Shown: one piece after another, positions 13,364 through 26,850 of the stretch
Numbering within the stretch: the first letter of the stretch is position 1
How the letters are laid out: each line of letters opens with the position of its first letter
From: the human T2T-CHM13v2.0 reference genome, Homo sapiens
Strand: one strand, 5' to 3'
Assembly: GCF_009914755.1 (NCBI RefSeq)
Contig: NC_060936.1
DNA length: 64,000 nucleotides
Notes under the pieces: model-generated
Told to the model about the DNA's origin: nothing
What the model saw: the letters and a program-made list of their open reading frames with translations, nothing else
The model's database searches: none
Translations under genes and position numbers: made by a program

Positions 13364-14089
13364 GTAGGGAAGCTAAGACACTGCACTGGATTTCATAGAA
13401 TGGATGTGTAGGATTTTGACCTGTAAATAAGAGGGAAAAGTTCATTCTAGACAAAGGAAACTGCGTATATAAACCTGGTGTGATAAGAATGATAAGGCAT
13501 GGTCAAGAACTGGCAAGAAGCGATTTCCATGTGGCTGGAGCACCTGCAGAGAGAGCATGGGGAGATGCTGTACAATTAGGGAACTAGATGGACACTACGC
13601 TACTGATGTGCTGCTGGAAGCAAATGAGGATCTGAGCAAATGAGGTTATGAATGAAGCTACTGACCAGCCTACAGTGGCACTCAATGTGTGCTCGCTAAT
13701 AGGCTGTTCATGTTGACAACAGCTTTTGGCCCATCAGAATTGGATGAGCCTCCTCTTAGGTTCAAATCAGCTTCAGCAGTAGGTTGTGGGAACAGAGGCC
13801 TTGAAGTGGGAAAGATTCCAGAAGATTAATATTACAGCCAGCAACCAAGATTCACTTTTGGCTTGGGGCACAATTTTAATATAGAAGACAAAGGGAAGCA
13901 AAATGCCATCTTGTAACATGCATAGCACCCTAATCATTCTGGACAGGAACATATCAGGTCCTTGGGGGTCAGTGAGGGGGATAATATAGTTTCTAAACAA
14001 GTCCAAGGGGAAAACTGCAAGGGCTATACACCAAAGAGACTCTATTCCTTTTTTAAATGCAGTAGATATGTCAAGCAATTCTATCCTGT

Positions 14090-14400
14090 AGAATTGCTCT
14101 CTCCAACATGGTAGCACTAGCCACATGTGGCTATTGAGCATTTGAATGTGACTAGTCTGAATTCAGATTTGCCGTTGAGTGTCAAATACAGTTTACCATA
14201 TTTCAAAGACTTAATATGAGAAAAAAGTATAAAATGTTTCATTACTGCTTTTTGTACCAGCTACGTGTTGAATACAATTTCAGATATATTGGGTTAAATA
14301 ACATATATTATAAAAATAAATGTTTCTTTTTACTTTGAAAAATATAGCTTTTAGACAAAATTAAAATAACTTCTATGGCCTATTATACTATTGGTCAGAA
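14090..14400. mobile_element. MER33/MER3-like hAT-Charlie element
   Basis: atggtagcactagccacatgtggctattgagcatttgaatgtg motif. Confidence 0.7.
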
Positions 14401-14553
14401 CTTCTATAGAAAGTTCATATTGCAATCATAAAATTGCTCTATTTCCTCTGATTTTTCTGAACTTTTTTCCTCTTAGGGAACTTGCCAATATGTGTACTAG
14501 GAAGAAATTCAAACTGTAATAAACAGGTTAATGCATTCTTATCTATTGTCTAG

Positions 14554-15900
14554 GATTGTTTATCTGCATTTTAATGTTTCCATGGAGATCAGTGCAACTG
14601 CAGGCTCGTTTTGATAGCCATGGTGTTCAGTACAGTTTGCATATTATAAAAATTATTTAAACAAGAAATTTGAGATGGTTTATTATTTGGGGACATTAAA
14701 AAGCAAAAAAGTCAAGGAGGGGAAAAGGTCTCATAATAATAACTTTCATGTCAGGCAAGTTGTAGTCTGACATGTTCACATCGAGTCAACCTTTTTAAAG
14801 AAGAGGTTATTGCAAAATACTCTTGCAAAGAGCTTGGAGCCAATATCTCTATTAGAAGATCACATAACAATAGCAAATTCTCAAGAAACAGTACTTGAAG
14901 GATCATTTTGCTTTCACATTGGTAAACAGCAAGCAACTTCAGAAAGGGCATTCCTGGATTCAACTGCAGGGCTTCCAATTATTATTACTTTCCTGTGGAC
15001 TAGTGGAAATTGTCATGTTTGGTCATAACACTGACATTCAGCTTAATTTGTCTTAATTTTGCAAACCTTCCTGCTTCATACCAACAATCTCCCATGATTC
15101 TACAAATTTGGTACGTGTTAGCATTGAACAGAATGTGAAATAGCCCCAAGGAGTCTCCACCAATGAAAATAAACTTAAGCAAGGGTCTGAGACATCCTGT
15201 AAAGTATTTAACTACATTTTGCAAGGCTCTTTGCATTTAGGAAGTAAGTTTGCTTTTAAATAGAAGTGGTCTCTTTAAAAAAGCAAAGCATTATTCACTG
15301 TTTCTGAAGTGTAAGCAAGCAAAAAAAAAATTCAAAAGTTAAATAATGACTATCCAATTCAAAGGGAAGAGTTACAACCTGAGGCATGCCTACCACATGG
15401 AAGGTCTGCGGTGCTTTAAAAAAGTTGGGAGCAGTTTAACTATGTATATGGACAGTCTGATAGTACTTGGTAGACAGTGAACATTTTGGAAGAACGGGCA
15501 GTTCCTAAATACCTGTCACCAGGGTTATATTGCAGAGCGAGATGGGACTGAAAGATTCTCATGTCAAGCCTTTAATATCAGCACAACAAAAATGACTTCA
15601 TCTGTGCAATTAATGAACAAGCTGTTCCCACTCGTGTAATAGTTCCAGGAGAAACTTATTTTGACTTTGATTTGTCCCGGTTTTCCTCTGCACTGAATGT
15701 TGTAACCTTGTCGACTAAAATCTCTTGGCCTAATAATTACAGTCAACATTGAAAAGCTCTGCCCTCAAATTATTAGTACAAATAAAAGGAGGGAAAAATA
15801 AATTAAACTTGGCCCTTCCACCCCCATGTGATGGATGACATCCACCTGCACCTTGGAAGTTTTGTGCTCGAAATGTTTCAGCACTTTTTCATCTGGAAAA
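14554..15900 (+). pseudogene. Large decayed coding block (one large or several exons) with frameshifts
   Basis: ttatctattgtctag|G. Frame 14555-15028 has 158 codons with 3 internal stops. It is followed by FANLPASYQQSP...KGLRHPVKYLTTFCKAL and then NDFICAINEQAVPTRVIVPGETYFDFDLSRFSSALNVV in other frames. The 3' end is uncertain. Confidence 0.65.
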
Positions 15901-16889
15901 TCAAACTAAGTTTCTGCTAATAAATTAAATTTACAGAGTTGTGTTTTGCTACTACTATCATTGCTTTACTAGCCTGTTTGGGCAGTGTAGTTCCTAAAGT
16001 TGAAAAATAATTGCATTCTTTTACTTAAACATAAGAAACTCTAAGAGATCCTTTTCATTTCCATTCGGTTTCAACTGTTTAAAGTGAGATCGCTTCCAGA
16101 AATGTATGGTTACTGTGAGGGCAATGTATAATAAGAGCTAAATTGTGACTTGAGCATCTCACCTAGAAGAAAACTTTCAGTTATTAACATGCTATGTCTC
16201 AGAAAAAAAAAAAAAAAAGGCTGTGTGTTTTAACTTTGACTCAACAGTAAGCCCAAATAAGCAAACTTATTGCTCTTCTTCATTGAAAACTGAAAAGAAA
16301 TATCCAAAAACCTCTCTAAACAAATCATACTTCCAGTCCTGATCTATCTTGCTAGTGATAAGCCCTCGGAGTCTAGGGACTACAATTCAAGTTGTTAAGT
16401 GAAGCCAATTCCTTCTAGGACTTAAGGATCTAGATTTATTATTCTAAAGTAAAAAATAAATGTAGAGCAAAAGCAATACATCAGGAAATGCTCCCTTTAA
16501 AAGCAGCGGTGATAAGTCGTTTATGCTGTGGCTGTCTGCTGGTACTCTCACTAAATTCCACTTTAAGTTGAGGAGAATATGTTAAGAGAATATATTTAAG
16601 TGAAATTATTTTCACTTAAAATTCATTTTCATTTAATTCACATCTGATTCTTTTAATCCAAATAAAGTGTTATTTTTTCTTTTAATGCTGGAATGATGTA
16701 TGCAATTCAACTCTTGTCATTTCAAATTACAAACATGCCAGTAGGGATAAAAGAAGACCAGCTGTAGTGAGGATGGAGGGAGCCTAAATGCCTACTATGT
16801 GCTAACACAGTTAATAACTTTGAACTGAATTTACTTTATTCTTCTGATTTAAGAGACAATTTTACCCAAGACATTTTTTTTTTAAGCAG

Positions 16890-17204
16890 GTAGCCTGGTA
16901 GCGTGTAAGAGACAGAGGCAATATGCCAATACTAGCCATTCTCTAGCACTTTCTAGTGTTCAGAGCATAAATTATAATGTGAGACCAGGGCCACGCTAAA
17001 TTATTTTGGCAGATCAGATGTACGAATCATTTCCTCTGAGGAAAATTTAGGCCACTGGATTAGACTACTGTTTGATGGGTACACAACTGATGAGAGATTC
17101 TGCTCACAAAGATATCAGCAGATTAAGTCAAACAGAGGAATCTACAGTTTATTTAGGTCCTCTCTTGGAAATTTTTTTCTAAACATTTTAAAAGTTCTAT
17201 GGAA
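16890..17204 (+). pseudogene. Pseudo-exon: ...CETRATLNYFGRSDVRIISSEENLGHWIRLLFDGYTTDERFCSQRYQQIKSNRGIYSLFRSSLGNFFLNILKVLW(K)
   Basis: T-tract aagcag|G acceptor; 75 stop-free codons at 16978-17202. The donor gtatgt is displaced to 17354 by an Alu monomer. Confidence 0.7.
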
Positions 17205-17340
17205 GGCCGGTTGCATTGGCTCATGCCTGTAATCCCAAAACATCGGAAGGCCAACGTGGGAGGATCACTTGAGCCCAGGAGTTCAAGACCAGCCTGGGCA
17301 ACATAATGAGACCCGTTTCTGAAAAAAAAATTAAAAAAAT
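17205..17340 (+). mobile_element. Alu monomer (FLAM-like)
   Basis: Single left arm plus A-tail; degenerate TSD ending tatggaa. Confidence 0.85.
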
Positions 17341-17639
17341 AAATTTTATGGAAGTATGTTAACCACACCAAGATGGATATAGGAGAGTCAATATTTCAGG
17401 AGAGTAAATGGAACTGATAATGTTTACTTCCTAAATGCAAATGGTTAGAGAAATGGTTAGAAGTAAAAGAAAAAAAGTTTATTGAGGACAATACTGAAGG
17501 AAGCAGACCTCATTCATTCAAAAAATATTTAATGAATGTCTACTATGTGCCAAGTTCTATTCTAGGTGCTAGCTTAATTTCAATAAGCTCACATTCTAAC
17601 TAAATTTAAGACTCTAATTGAAGTTAAAACATTGAAGTT

Positions 17640-19780
17640 TCACTTATGGCCATAATAGAGTAGCCAGAACAAAATTTGCCCTCCTTTCTTAAAAAATTAA
17701 AAATTGGTCAAAAATCTATGAGACAATGATTTTCAGACATTAGAAAAAAGGCATTCCCCCGAAAGGGAAAAAAAAGCCAGGATGAACCTGAAGAATGACC
17801 CAGATTACTGGCTAAAGAATTTCCAGGTCACTGCACAGGAATGGGAACTAGCCTAGTTTGGTGATCTCCCTGAGCTGAAGAGACAGAATTCAGAGTTCAG
17901 AGAGGCCAAGGCAGCTAGACTTCATAGAGGGGCGAAGTACAGGATAGAAGGAAGCTGCAATGAGAGAGAGAGAGAGAGAGAGAGAGCTCCAGATATCTGC
18001 AGAGGGTCCCTTTGAGTCTTTAGGTGAGTAATAATTAGTGCATAAATTTGAGGAAATTATCAAGCTCGAGAAGAAACCACTGAAAAGGAGCAGGTAGAGC
18101 AATACTTGGAGCACACACAGGGCTGGGAATATTTTACGTTCCCATGAGCTACAGTAGAAAGACTTCTTAACACAAAAGAAACTGAGTGGAGCCTTCCAAA
18201 GGATATTGCCTCAATAGTAGTGTCAAATTATCCCGAGACTAAAGGCTGTTCTGCACCCACCAAACAAAGCTAAAGAGCAAGCCTTGAAAACATCACACCG
18301 TTTTCAAGTAATTTTTTTTTTTTTCAGATGGAGTCTCACTCTGTTGCCCAGGCTGGAATGCAGTGGTGTGATCTCAGCTTACTGCAACCTCTGCCTCCTG
18401 GGTTCAAGTGATTCTCGTGCCTCAGCCTCCTGAGTAGCTGGGATTACAGGCATGTGCCACCATGCCCAGTGGCTAATTTTTGTATTTTTAATAGAGAAAG
18501 GGTTTCGCCATGTTGGCCAGGCTGGTCTCAAACTTCTGACTTCAAGTGATCCACCTGCCTCAGCCTCCCAAAGTGCTGGGGTTACCCGCTAAATTACTTG
18601 CCTGTTTGCAAGTAATTTAACTGCATTCTTGTGCAAAGACCAAAAATATTGAAAGGATTACAAACATATCCAGCATCTCTCAAAAAATAAGTTTACAATA
18701 TCTGACATTAAATAAAAAATTACCAGACATGCATGGAAGCAGGAACATAAGATCCATGATGGGAAGAAAATCAATAGGAGCAGACTCAGTGACATAGGTG
18801 ATGGAATTAGTAGACAACAACATTAAAACAGCTAGTATAAATTTATCCCATATGTTTAAAGTGTATGAGGAAAGCATGAGCGTGACAAGAAGAGAAATGG
18901 AAGCTATGAAAAGAGACCCAAGTCAAACCTCTAGAGTTGAAAAGTGCACTGAATGTAGCTGAAATTAACAGCAGATCAGACATCACAAGAAGAAAAGAGC
19001 AACGGACTAGAAGTTCATAATAGAAACTACCTAAAATGAAGTCTGGGTGTGGTGGCTCATGCCTGGAATCCCAGTACTTTGGGAGGTTGAGTCAGGCGGA
19101 TCATCTGAGGTCAGGAGTTCGAGACTAGCCTGGCCAACATGGTGAAAGCCTGTCTCTACTAAAAATACAAAAATTAGCCAGATGTGGTGGTGCATGCCTA
19201 TAATCCCAGCTACTTGGGAGGCTGAGGCAGGAGAATTGCTTGACCCTGGGAGGCAGAGGCAACAGCGAGCCAAGATCACAGCCACTGCACTCCAGCCTGA
19301 GTGACAGAGTGAGACTATCTAAAAAAAAAAAAAGAAAGAAAAGAAACTACCTAAAACGAAACACAGAGACTAAAACATTGGGGGAAAGCCTGTGCAACAT
19401 TGCCAAACCCTGTCTGTACAAAAAATAAAAATGTTGGCTGGGCATGGTGGTGTGTACCTGTAGTCCCAGCTACTTGGGAGGCTGATGTGGGAGGATTGCT
19501 TAAGCCCTGGAGCTGAGGCTCCGGTGAGCTACGATCATGCCACTGTACTCCAGCCTGGGTGACACACTGAGATCCTATCTTAAAAACAAAGAAAGAAGCA
19601 AAACCAACCAAACAATAAAACAGTTGGGGGAAAAAATGAATAGACCATCAGTGAGCAAGCTATGGGCAACATCAAGTAGCATAACAAGTATAATTGGAGT
19701 TCCAAAGGGTGAAGAAAGGAAGATGGGGACAGAAAAAAATATTTAAAGAAACAATGGCTGAAATTTTCCACATTTGATAA
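17640..19780 (+). mobile_element. Old L1M 5'/ORF1 region with nested Alus at about 18312-18590 (-), 19041-19343 (+) and 19385-19600 (+)
   Basis: ORF1-like IIGVPKGEERKMGTEKNI; Alu consensus segments. Confidence 0.7.
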
Positions 19781-22700
19781 ATTCGGAGCATGGCTTAAAA
19801 GATCCAGGGCCTTTTTCTCATCATAAACCACTACTTCTGTTGTCCTTTCACCTCGAATGCTCTTGCTCTGTTTCTTCACCTTCACCTAACACACTTTCAG
19901 AGTAATCCTCTAAAAGAACATTCCTAGACCCGTCCAAATGATTTAGTCTTTTTCTGAACACTGAAACTTTTTGGCCAGATGCAATGAATACTTGTTTCAA
20001 TGAATACCTGAATTCTTGTTTGCAATGAATACTTGTTTCTATAGTTGACTTTTTAATTTGTATGCATTTTTAAATTTGCCATGTTTGTATCTTTCCTCCA
20101 CTCAAGCTTTGGATTCTGTCTTCTTCCCAATTCACAAGATACTTTCTCCCTCAATTCTCTTCTTTTCCTGTTCAGATCTCTACGAGCTTTTGAAGTATAA
20201 AAGGTTTAATGGTCAAAAAGCCTACCATGACCCTTCTACCCCACTTGACTTCTGGCTGTTTTATCTTTTCCCCTCACACCAAGGCACTGAAAAGATTTCT
20301 GTATTTTTTTCATACCCCATTTATACCACAACATGCTACCATATGGCTTCCATCTTCATCATTGCCCCGAAATTTTTCTCATCAAGGTTACCAGTGACCT
20401 ATTTGCTACCAAATCCAGTGTATTCTTTTAGCTTAATCTTTGTATTTTTTCTCCTCTTTTTTATTTTTAATTTTTGTCAGTACAAAGTAGGTGTATATAT
20501 TTATAGACTACATGAGATATTTTGATACAGGCATGCAATGCATAATAATCACATCAGGGTGAATGGGGTATCCATCCCCTCAAGCATTTATCCTCTGTGT
20601 TATAAACAATCCAAGTATACTTTTAGTTAGTTTAAAATGTACAATTAAATTACTTCAGACTTACCCTGTGGTGCTATCAAATACTAGGTCTTATTCTTTC
20701 TAACTATTTTTTGGTACCCTTTAACCATCCCCACTCCCATCCCCTGACCCCTACTACCCTTCCCGTCTTTTGGTAATCATCATTCGACTCTCAACCTCCA
20801 TGAGTTCAATTATTTTAATTTTTAGCTTCTACAAATAAGTAAGAACAGGTAAAGTTTGTCTTTTTGTCCTTGGCTTATTTCACTTAACATAGTGACCGCC
20901 AGTTCCATCCATGTTGTTGCGAATGACAGGATCTCATTTCTTTTTTAATGAGAATGTAAGTACCCCATTTTCTTTATCCATTCACCTATTAATGGACACT
21001 GAGGTTGCTTCCAAATCTTGGCTATTGTGAATAGTGCTGCAACGAACATGAGAGTGCAGATACCTCTTTGATATACTGATTTCCTTTCTTTTTGGTATAT
21101 ATTACACCTAGCAATGAGGATTGCTGGATCACATGATACCTCTATTTTTCTTTTTTCAGGAACTTCCAAACTGTTCTCCATAGTGGTTGCACTAATTTAC
21201 ATTCCCACCAAAAGTGTATGAGCGTTTCTTTTTCTCCATGTCCTCACCAGCATTTGTTATTGCCTGTCTTTGGACAAAAGTCATTTTAACTTGGGTGAGA
21301 TGATATCTCATTGTAGTTTTGATTTGCATTTCTCTGATCATCAATGATGTTGAGCACTTTTTCACACACCTGTTTGCCATTTGTTTGCCTTCTTCTGAGA
21401 AATATCTACTCAGGTCATTTGTCCATTTTAAAATCAGATTATTAGATGTTTTCCTATAGAGTTGTTTGAGCTCTTTATATATTCTGGTTATTAATCTCTT
21501 GTCAGATGGGCATTTTGCAAATATTTTTTCCCATTCTTTCCATTCTGTGAGTTGTCTCTTCACTTTGTTGATTGTTTCCTTTGCTGTGCAAAAGGTTCTT
21601 TGTTTGTTTGTGCTTTATTTTTTGAGACAGGGTCTCACTCTGTCGCCCAGGCTGGGGTGCAAAAGCTTTTTAACTCGATGTTATCACATTTATCCATTTT
21701 CAATTTGGTTGCCTATGCTCGTAGGGTATTATTCAAGAATTCTTTGCCCAGTCCAATGTCCTGGAGTTTCCCCAATGTTTTCTTACAGTAGTTTCATAGT
21801 TTCAGGTATCAGATTCTAAGTCTTTAATGTATTTATATTTGATTTTTGTATGTGGTGAGAGATAAGGGTTTAGTTTCATTTTTTTTTTTTTTTTTTGGTG
21901 TATATATCCACTTTCCCCAGTACCACTTATTGAAGAGATTATCCTTCTCTAATATGTGTTCTTGGCACTTTTGTCAAAAATAAATTCACTGTAGATTTAT
22001 GGATTTATTTCTGGGTTCTCTATTATGTTCCATTGATTTTTGTGTTTCTTTTTATGCCAGTACCATGCCATTTCGTTTACTATAGGTAGCTCTGTAGTAT
22101 AATTTAAAATCAGGTAATGGTGATTCCTCCAGTTTTGTTCTTTTTGCTTGGAATAGCTTTGGATATTCTGAGTCTTTTGTGTTTCCATATAAATTTTAGG
22201 ATTGTTATTTCTATTTTTTGTAGAATGTCATTGGTATTTTGACAGGAATTGATTGCATTAAATCTGTAGATTGATTTGGATAATACAGACATTTTAACAA
22301 TATTGATTTCTTTCAATCCATGAACATGGAATATCATTCCATTTTTTGTGTCTTCTTCAATTTCTTGCATCAATTATAGTTTTCGTTGTAAAGATTTTTC
22401 ACTTCTTTGGCTAAGTTAAAACCCTGGTATTTTATTTTATTTTATTTTATTTTAGCTATTGCAAATGGGATTACAATGCTTTTTCAGATTGTTCATTGTT
22501 GGCATATAGAAATGTTACTCTTTTTTGTATGTTGATTTGTATCCTGAAACTTCACTGTATTTGTTTATCAGTTCTAATAGAGATTTGGTGGAGTCTTTAG
22601 GTTTTTCTAAATATAAGATCATATTATCTGCAAATGTTAATAATTTTACTTCTTTCTTTCAAATTTGGATGCCCTTTATTTCTATTCTTTCTTTTGTCTA

Positions 22701-23449
22701 ATTGCTCCTGCTAGGACTTCTAGTACTAAGCTGAATAACTGGTAAAAGTGGGCATCCTTGTCTTGTTCCAGATTTTAGAGGAAAGGCTTTCAGGTTTGCC
22801 CCATTCAGTATGATACTAGCTGTGGGTTTGTTGCTTATGTCGTTTATCATGTTGAGATATGTTCTTTCTATTTCTTTGAGAGTTATCATGAAGAGATGTT
22901 GAATTTTATCAAATGTTTTTTCAGCATCAATTGAAATGATCATATGGTTTTTGTTCTTTATTCTGTTGCTTAATGTATCATATCAACATCCTTGTATCCC
23001 TGGGATATATTACACTTGGTCATAATTACTGATATTTTTAATATATTGTTGAATTTGATTTGCTAGTATTTTGTTGAGGGTTTTGCATTAATATTCATCA
23101 GTGATATTGGCCTATATATTTTTTTTGATATGTCTTTGTCTGATTTTGGTATCAGAGTGAGACTGGCCTCATAGAAGGAGTTTGGAAGTATTGCCTCCTC
23201 TATTTTTCAGAATAGTTTTAAGTAGGATTGGTATCTTTCTTTACATGTTTGGCAGAGATCAGCAGTGAAACCATCAAGTCTTGAGCTTTTCTTTGCTGGG
23301 AGACTTTTTATTATGGCTTTGATCTTATCAGTTGTTATTGGTCTGTTCAGGTTTTGGATTTCTTCATGGTTCAATCTTGGTAGGTTGCATGTGTCTAGGA
23401 ATTTATCCATTTCTTCTAGGTATTCTAATTTATTGACATATAGTTGCCC

Positions 23450-23771
<322 letters not shown>

Positions 23772-25322
23772 TCATAATAGACACTAAAGATCCTTTGAAT
23801 TTCTGTGGTATCAGTTGTAATGTCTCCTTTTTCATCTCTGATTTTATTTGCTTGGGTCTTCTTTCTTTTTTTCTTAGTTTGGCTAAAGTCTTGTCAATTT
23901 TGTTTATCTTTTGAAAAAACCCACGTTTTTGTTTCATTGATCTTTTGTATTGTTTTCTTCATTTCAAATACATTTATTTCTGTTCTTATCTTTATTATTT
24001 CTTTTCTTCTACTAATTTTGGGTTTGGTTTGCTTTTGTCTAGTTTAATTATGTTTAAGATGCATCATTAAGTTGTTTATTTAAAGTTTTTCTTCTTTTTT
24101 CATATAAGCACTTATAGCTATAAAATTCCCACTTAGTACTGCTTTCACTGTTTCCTATAGGTTTTGTTCTACTGTATTTCCATTATCATTTGTTTAAAGA
24201 AGTTTTTGATTCCCTTTTTAATTTCTTCATTGATTCATTGGTCATTCAGGATTATATTGTTTAATTTCCACGTGTATACTTTCCAAAATTCCTCTTGATG
24301 TTGATTTCTAGTTTTATTCCGCTGTGGTCAGAGAAGATGCTTGATATTATTTCAATTTTATGAATGTTTTAAGACTTGTTTTGTGGTAACATATGGCCTA
24401 TCCTTGAGACTGATTCATGTACTGAAGAAAAGAATGTATATTCTGCAGCAGTTGGATGGAATGTTCTGTAAATATCTATTAGATCCACTTGGTTTATGGT
24501 GCAGACAAAGTCTGATGTTTCTTTGTTGATTTTCTGTCTCAAAGATCTGTCCAGTGCTAAAAGTGGGATCATGAAATCTCCAGCTATTATTGTATTGGGA
24601 TTTGTCTCTTTCTTTAGCTCTAGTAATAGTTGCTTTATATATCTGGGTGCTCCAGTATTGGGTGCATATATATTTAAAATTGTTGTATCCTCCTACTGAA
24701 TTGACCCCTTTATTATTATACAGTGACCTTTTTTTGTCTCTTCTTATAGTTTTTGTCTTGAAATCTATTTTGTCTGATATAAATGTAGTGACTCTGGCAG
24801 TTTTTTGGTTTGCATTGGCATGGAATATCTTTTTCCATCACTTAATTGTCAGTCTCTATGTGTCTTTACAGGTGAAGTATGTTTTCTATAGGCAACAGAT
24901 CACTGGGTTTTGTTTTTTTAATCCATTCAGCCACTCTATGTCTTTTGATTGGAGAGTTAGTCCATTTACATTCAATGTTATTATTGATAAGTAGGGACTT
25001 ACTCTTGCCATTTTGTGATTTGTTTTCGAGTTGTTTTGTGGTCTTTTTTCCTGTCTTCCTTTTAGTAAAGTGATTTTCTCTGGTGGTATTATTTAATTTC
25101 TTGCTGTTTACTTTTTTGTGTATCTGTTCTATGTTTTTTGATTTGAGATTACCATGAGGCTTGCAAATACTATCTTATAACTCATCATTTTAAGCTGATA
25201 ACATTGTATGTTATTTGCTTCTTTTCTCTTGCTGTTTTTAGGAGCCTTTCCTTATCCTTGACCTATGGGAGTTTGATTATTAAATGCCTTGAGGTGGTCT
25301 TATTTGGTTTAAATCTGCTTGG

Positions 25323-25670
25323 TGTTGAAAAAAGAAAAATTTCAGCCGAATTAAATTTAAAGGAGTTTAATTGAGCAATAAATGATTCACGAATCAGGCA
25401 GCCTTCCCAGCCAGAGTTGGCTTGGAGATTCCAGAACAGCCACATGGTGGATGAAAAAGGAAAGTGATGTACAGAAAATGTAAGTGAGGCACAGAAACAG
25501 CTGGATTGGTTACAGCTTGGCTTTTGCCTTATTTGAACACAGTTCAAACAGTTGGTTACATTTGATTGACCAAAACTCAGTGACTGGCACAAGTGTAGGC
25601 TACAGTCTGGTTACACCTCCACTTATAGCTCATGATGTACAGAAAAACCTTTAGGTCCAACTTAAAAAAC
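25323..25670 (-). mobile_element. MER57-family ERV1 solo LTR inserted in the L1
   Basis: Reverse strand matches recalled MER57 motifs (gttcaaataaggcaaa, ctgtaaccaatcc, tcaattaaactc). Confidence 0.7.
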
Positions 25671-26270
25671 GTTGGACCTAATTCTATAACCTTCTTGTAC
25701 TTGGATATTAATATCTTTCTCAAGGTTTGGGAAGATCTCTGATATTACCTCTTTGAATAAACTTTCTACCCCTATCTCTGTCTCTACCTCCTCTTTAGAG
25801 CCAATAACTCTTAGATTTGCCCTTCTGAGGCTACTTTCTAATCTTGTAGGCATGCTTCATTCTTTTATCTTTTGTCTTGACTGTGTATTTTCAAATAGCC
25901 TGTCTTGAAGCTCACTAATTCTTTCTTCTGTTTGATCAATTCTGCTATTAAAAGACTCTGATGCATTCTTCAGTATGTCAATAGCATTTTTCAACTGCAG
26001 AATTTCTGCTTGATTCTTTTTAATTATTTCAATCTCTTTATTAAATTTATCTGATAGAATTCTGAATTCCTTCTCTGTGTTATCTTGGATTTGTTTGAGT
26101 TTCCTCAAAACAGCTATTTGAATTATCTGTCTGAAAGGTCACATATCTCTGTTTCTCCAGGATTGGTTCCTGGTGGCTTGTTTAGTTCATTTGGTAAGGT
26201 CATGTTTCCCTTGATGGTCTTGATGCTTGTGGATGTTTTTCTGTGTCTGGGCATTAAAGAGTTAGGTATT

Positions 26271-26614
<344 letters not shown>

Positions 26615-26814
26615 CTATTTTCAGGTATTTGAAAGGACTTGGGAATATTTTTATCTAAGCCTTATCTGCATTAGGGGACACCCCCAGCCCAGTAATGCTG
26701 TGGTTCTTGCAGACTCATGAAGGGACCATTAGTGGTCTTGGATAAGATCTGGAAGAATTATCTGGATTACCAGACAGATATTCTTGTTCTCTTCTTTTAC
26801 TTTCTCCCAAACAG

Positions 26815-26816
<2 letters not shown>

Positions 26817-26847
<31 letters not shown>
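26817..26847. repeat. (TC)n microsatellite
   Basis: Direct observation. Confidence 0.9.

Positions 26848-26850
<3 letters not shown>

Noticed and set aside
16595-16620. Short perfect inverted repeat ttaagtgaaa/tttcacttaa
   Set aside because: AT-rich and short; expected by chance or from a DNA transposon relic.
20058-20525. 155-aa + strand ORF
   Set aside because: Pyrimidine-rich L2-like sequence running into an L1 tail; compositional artefact.
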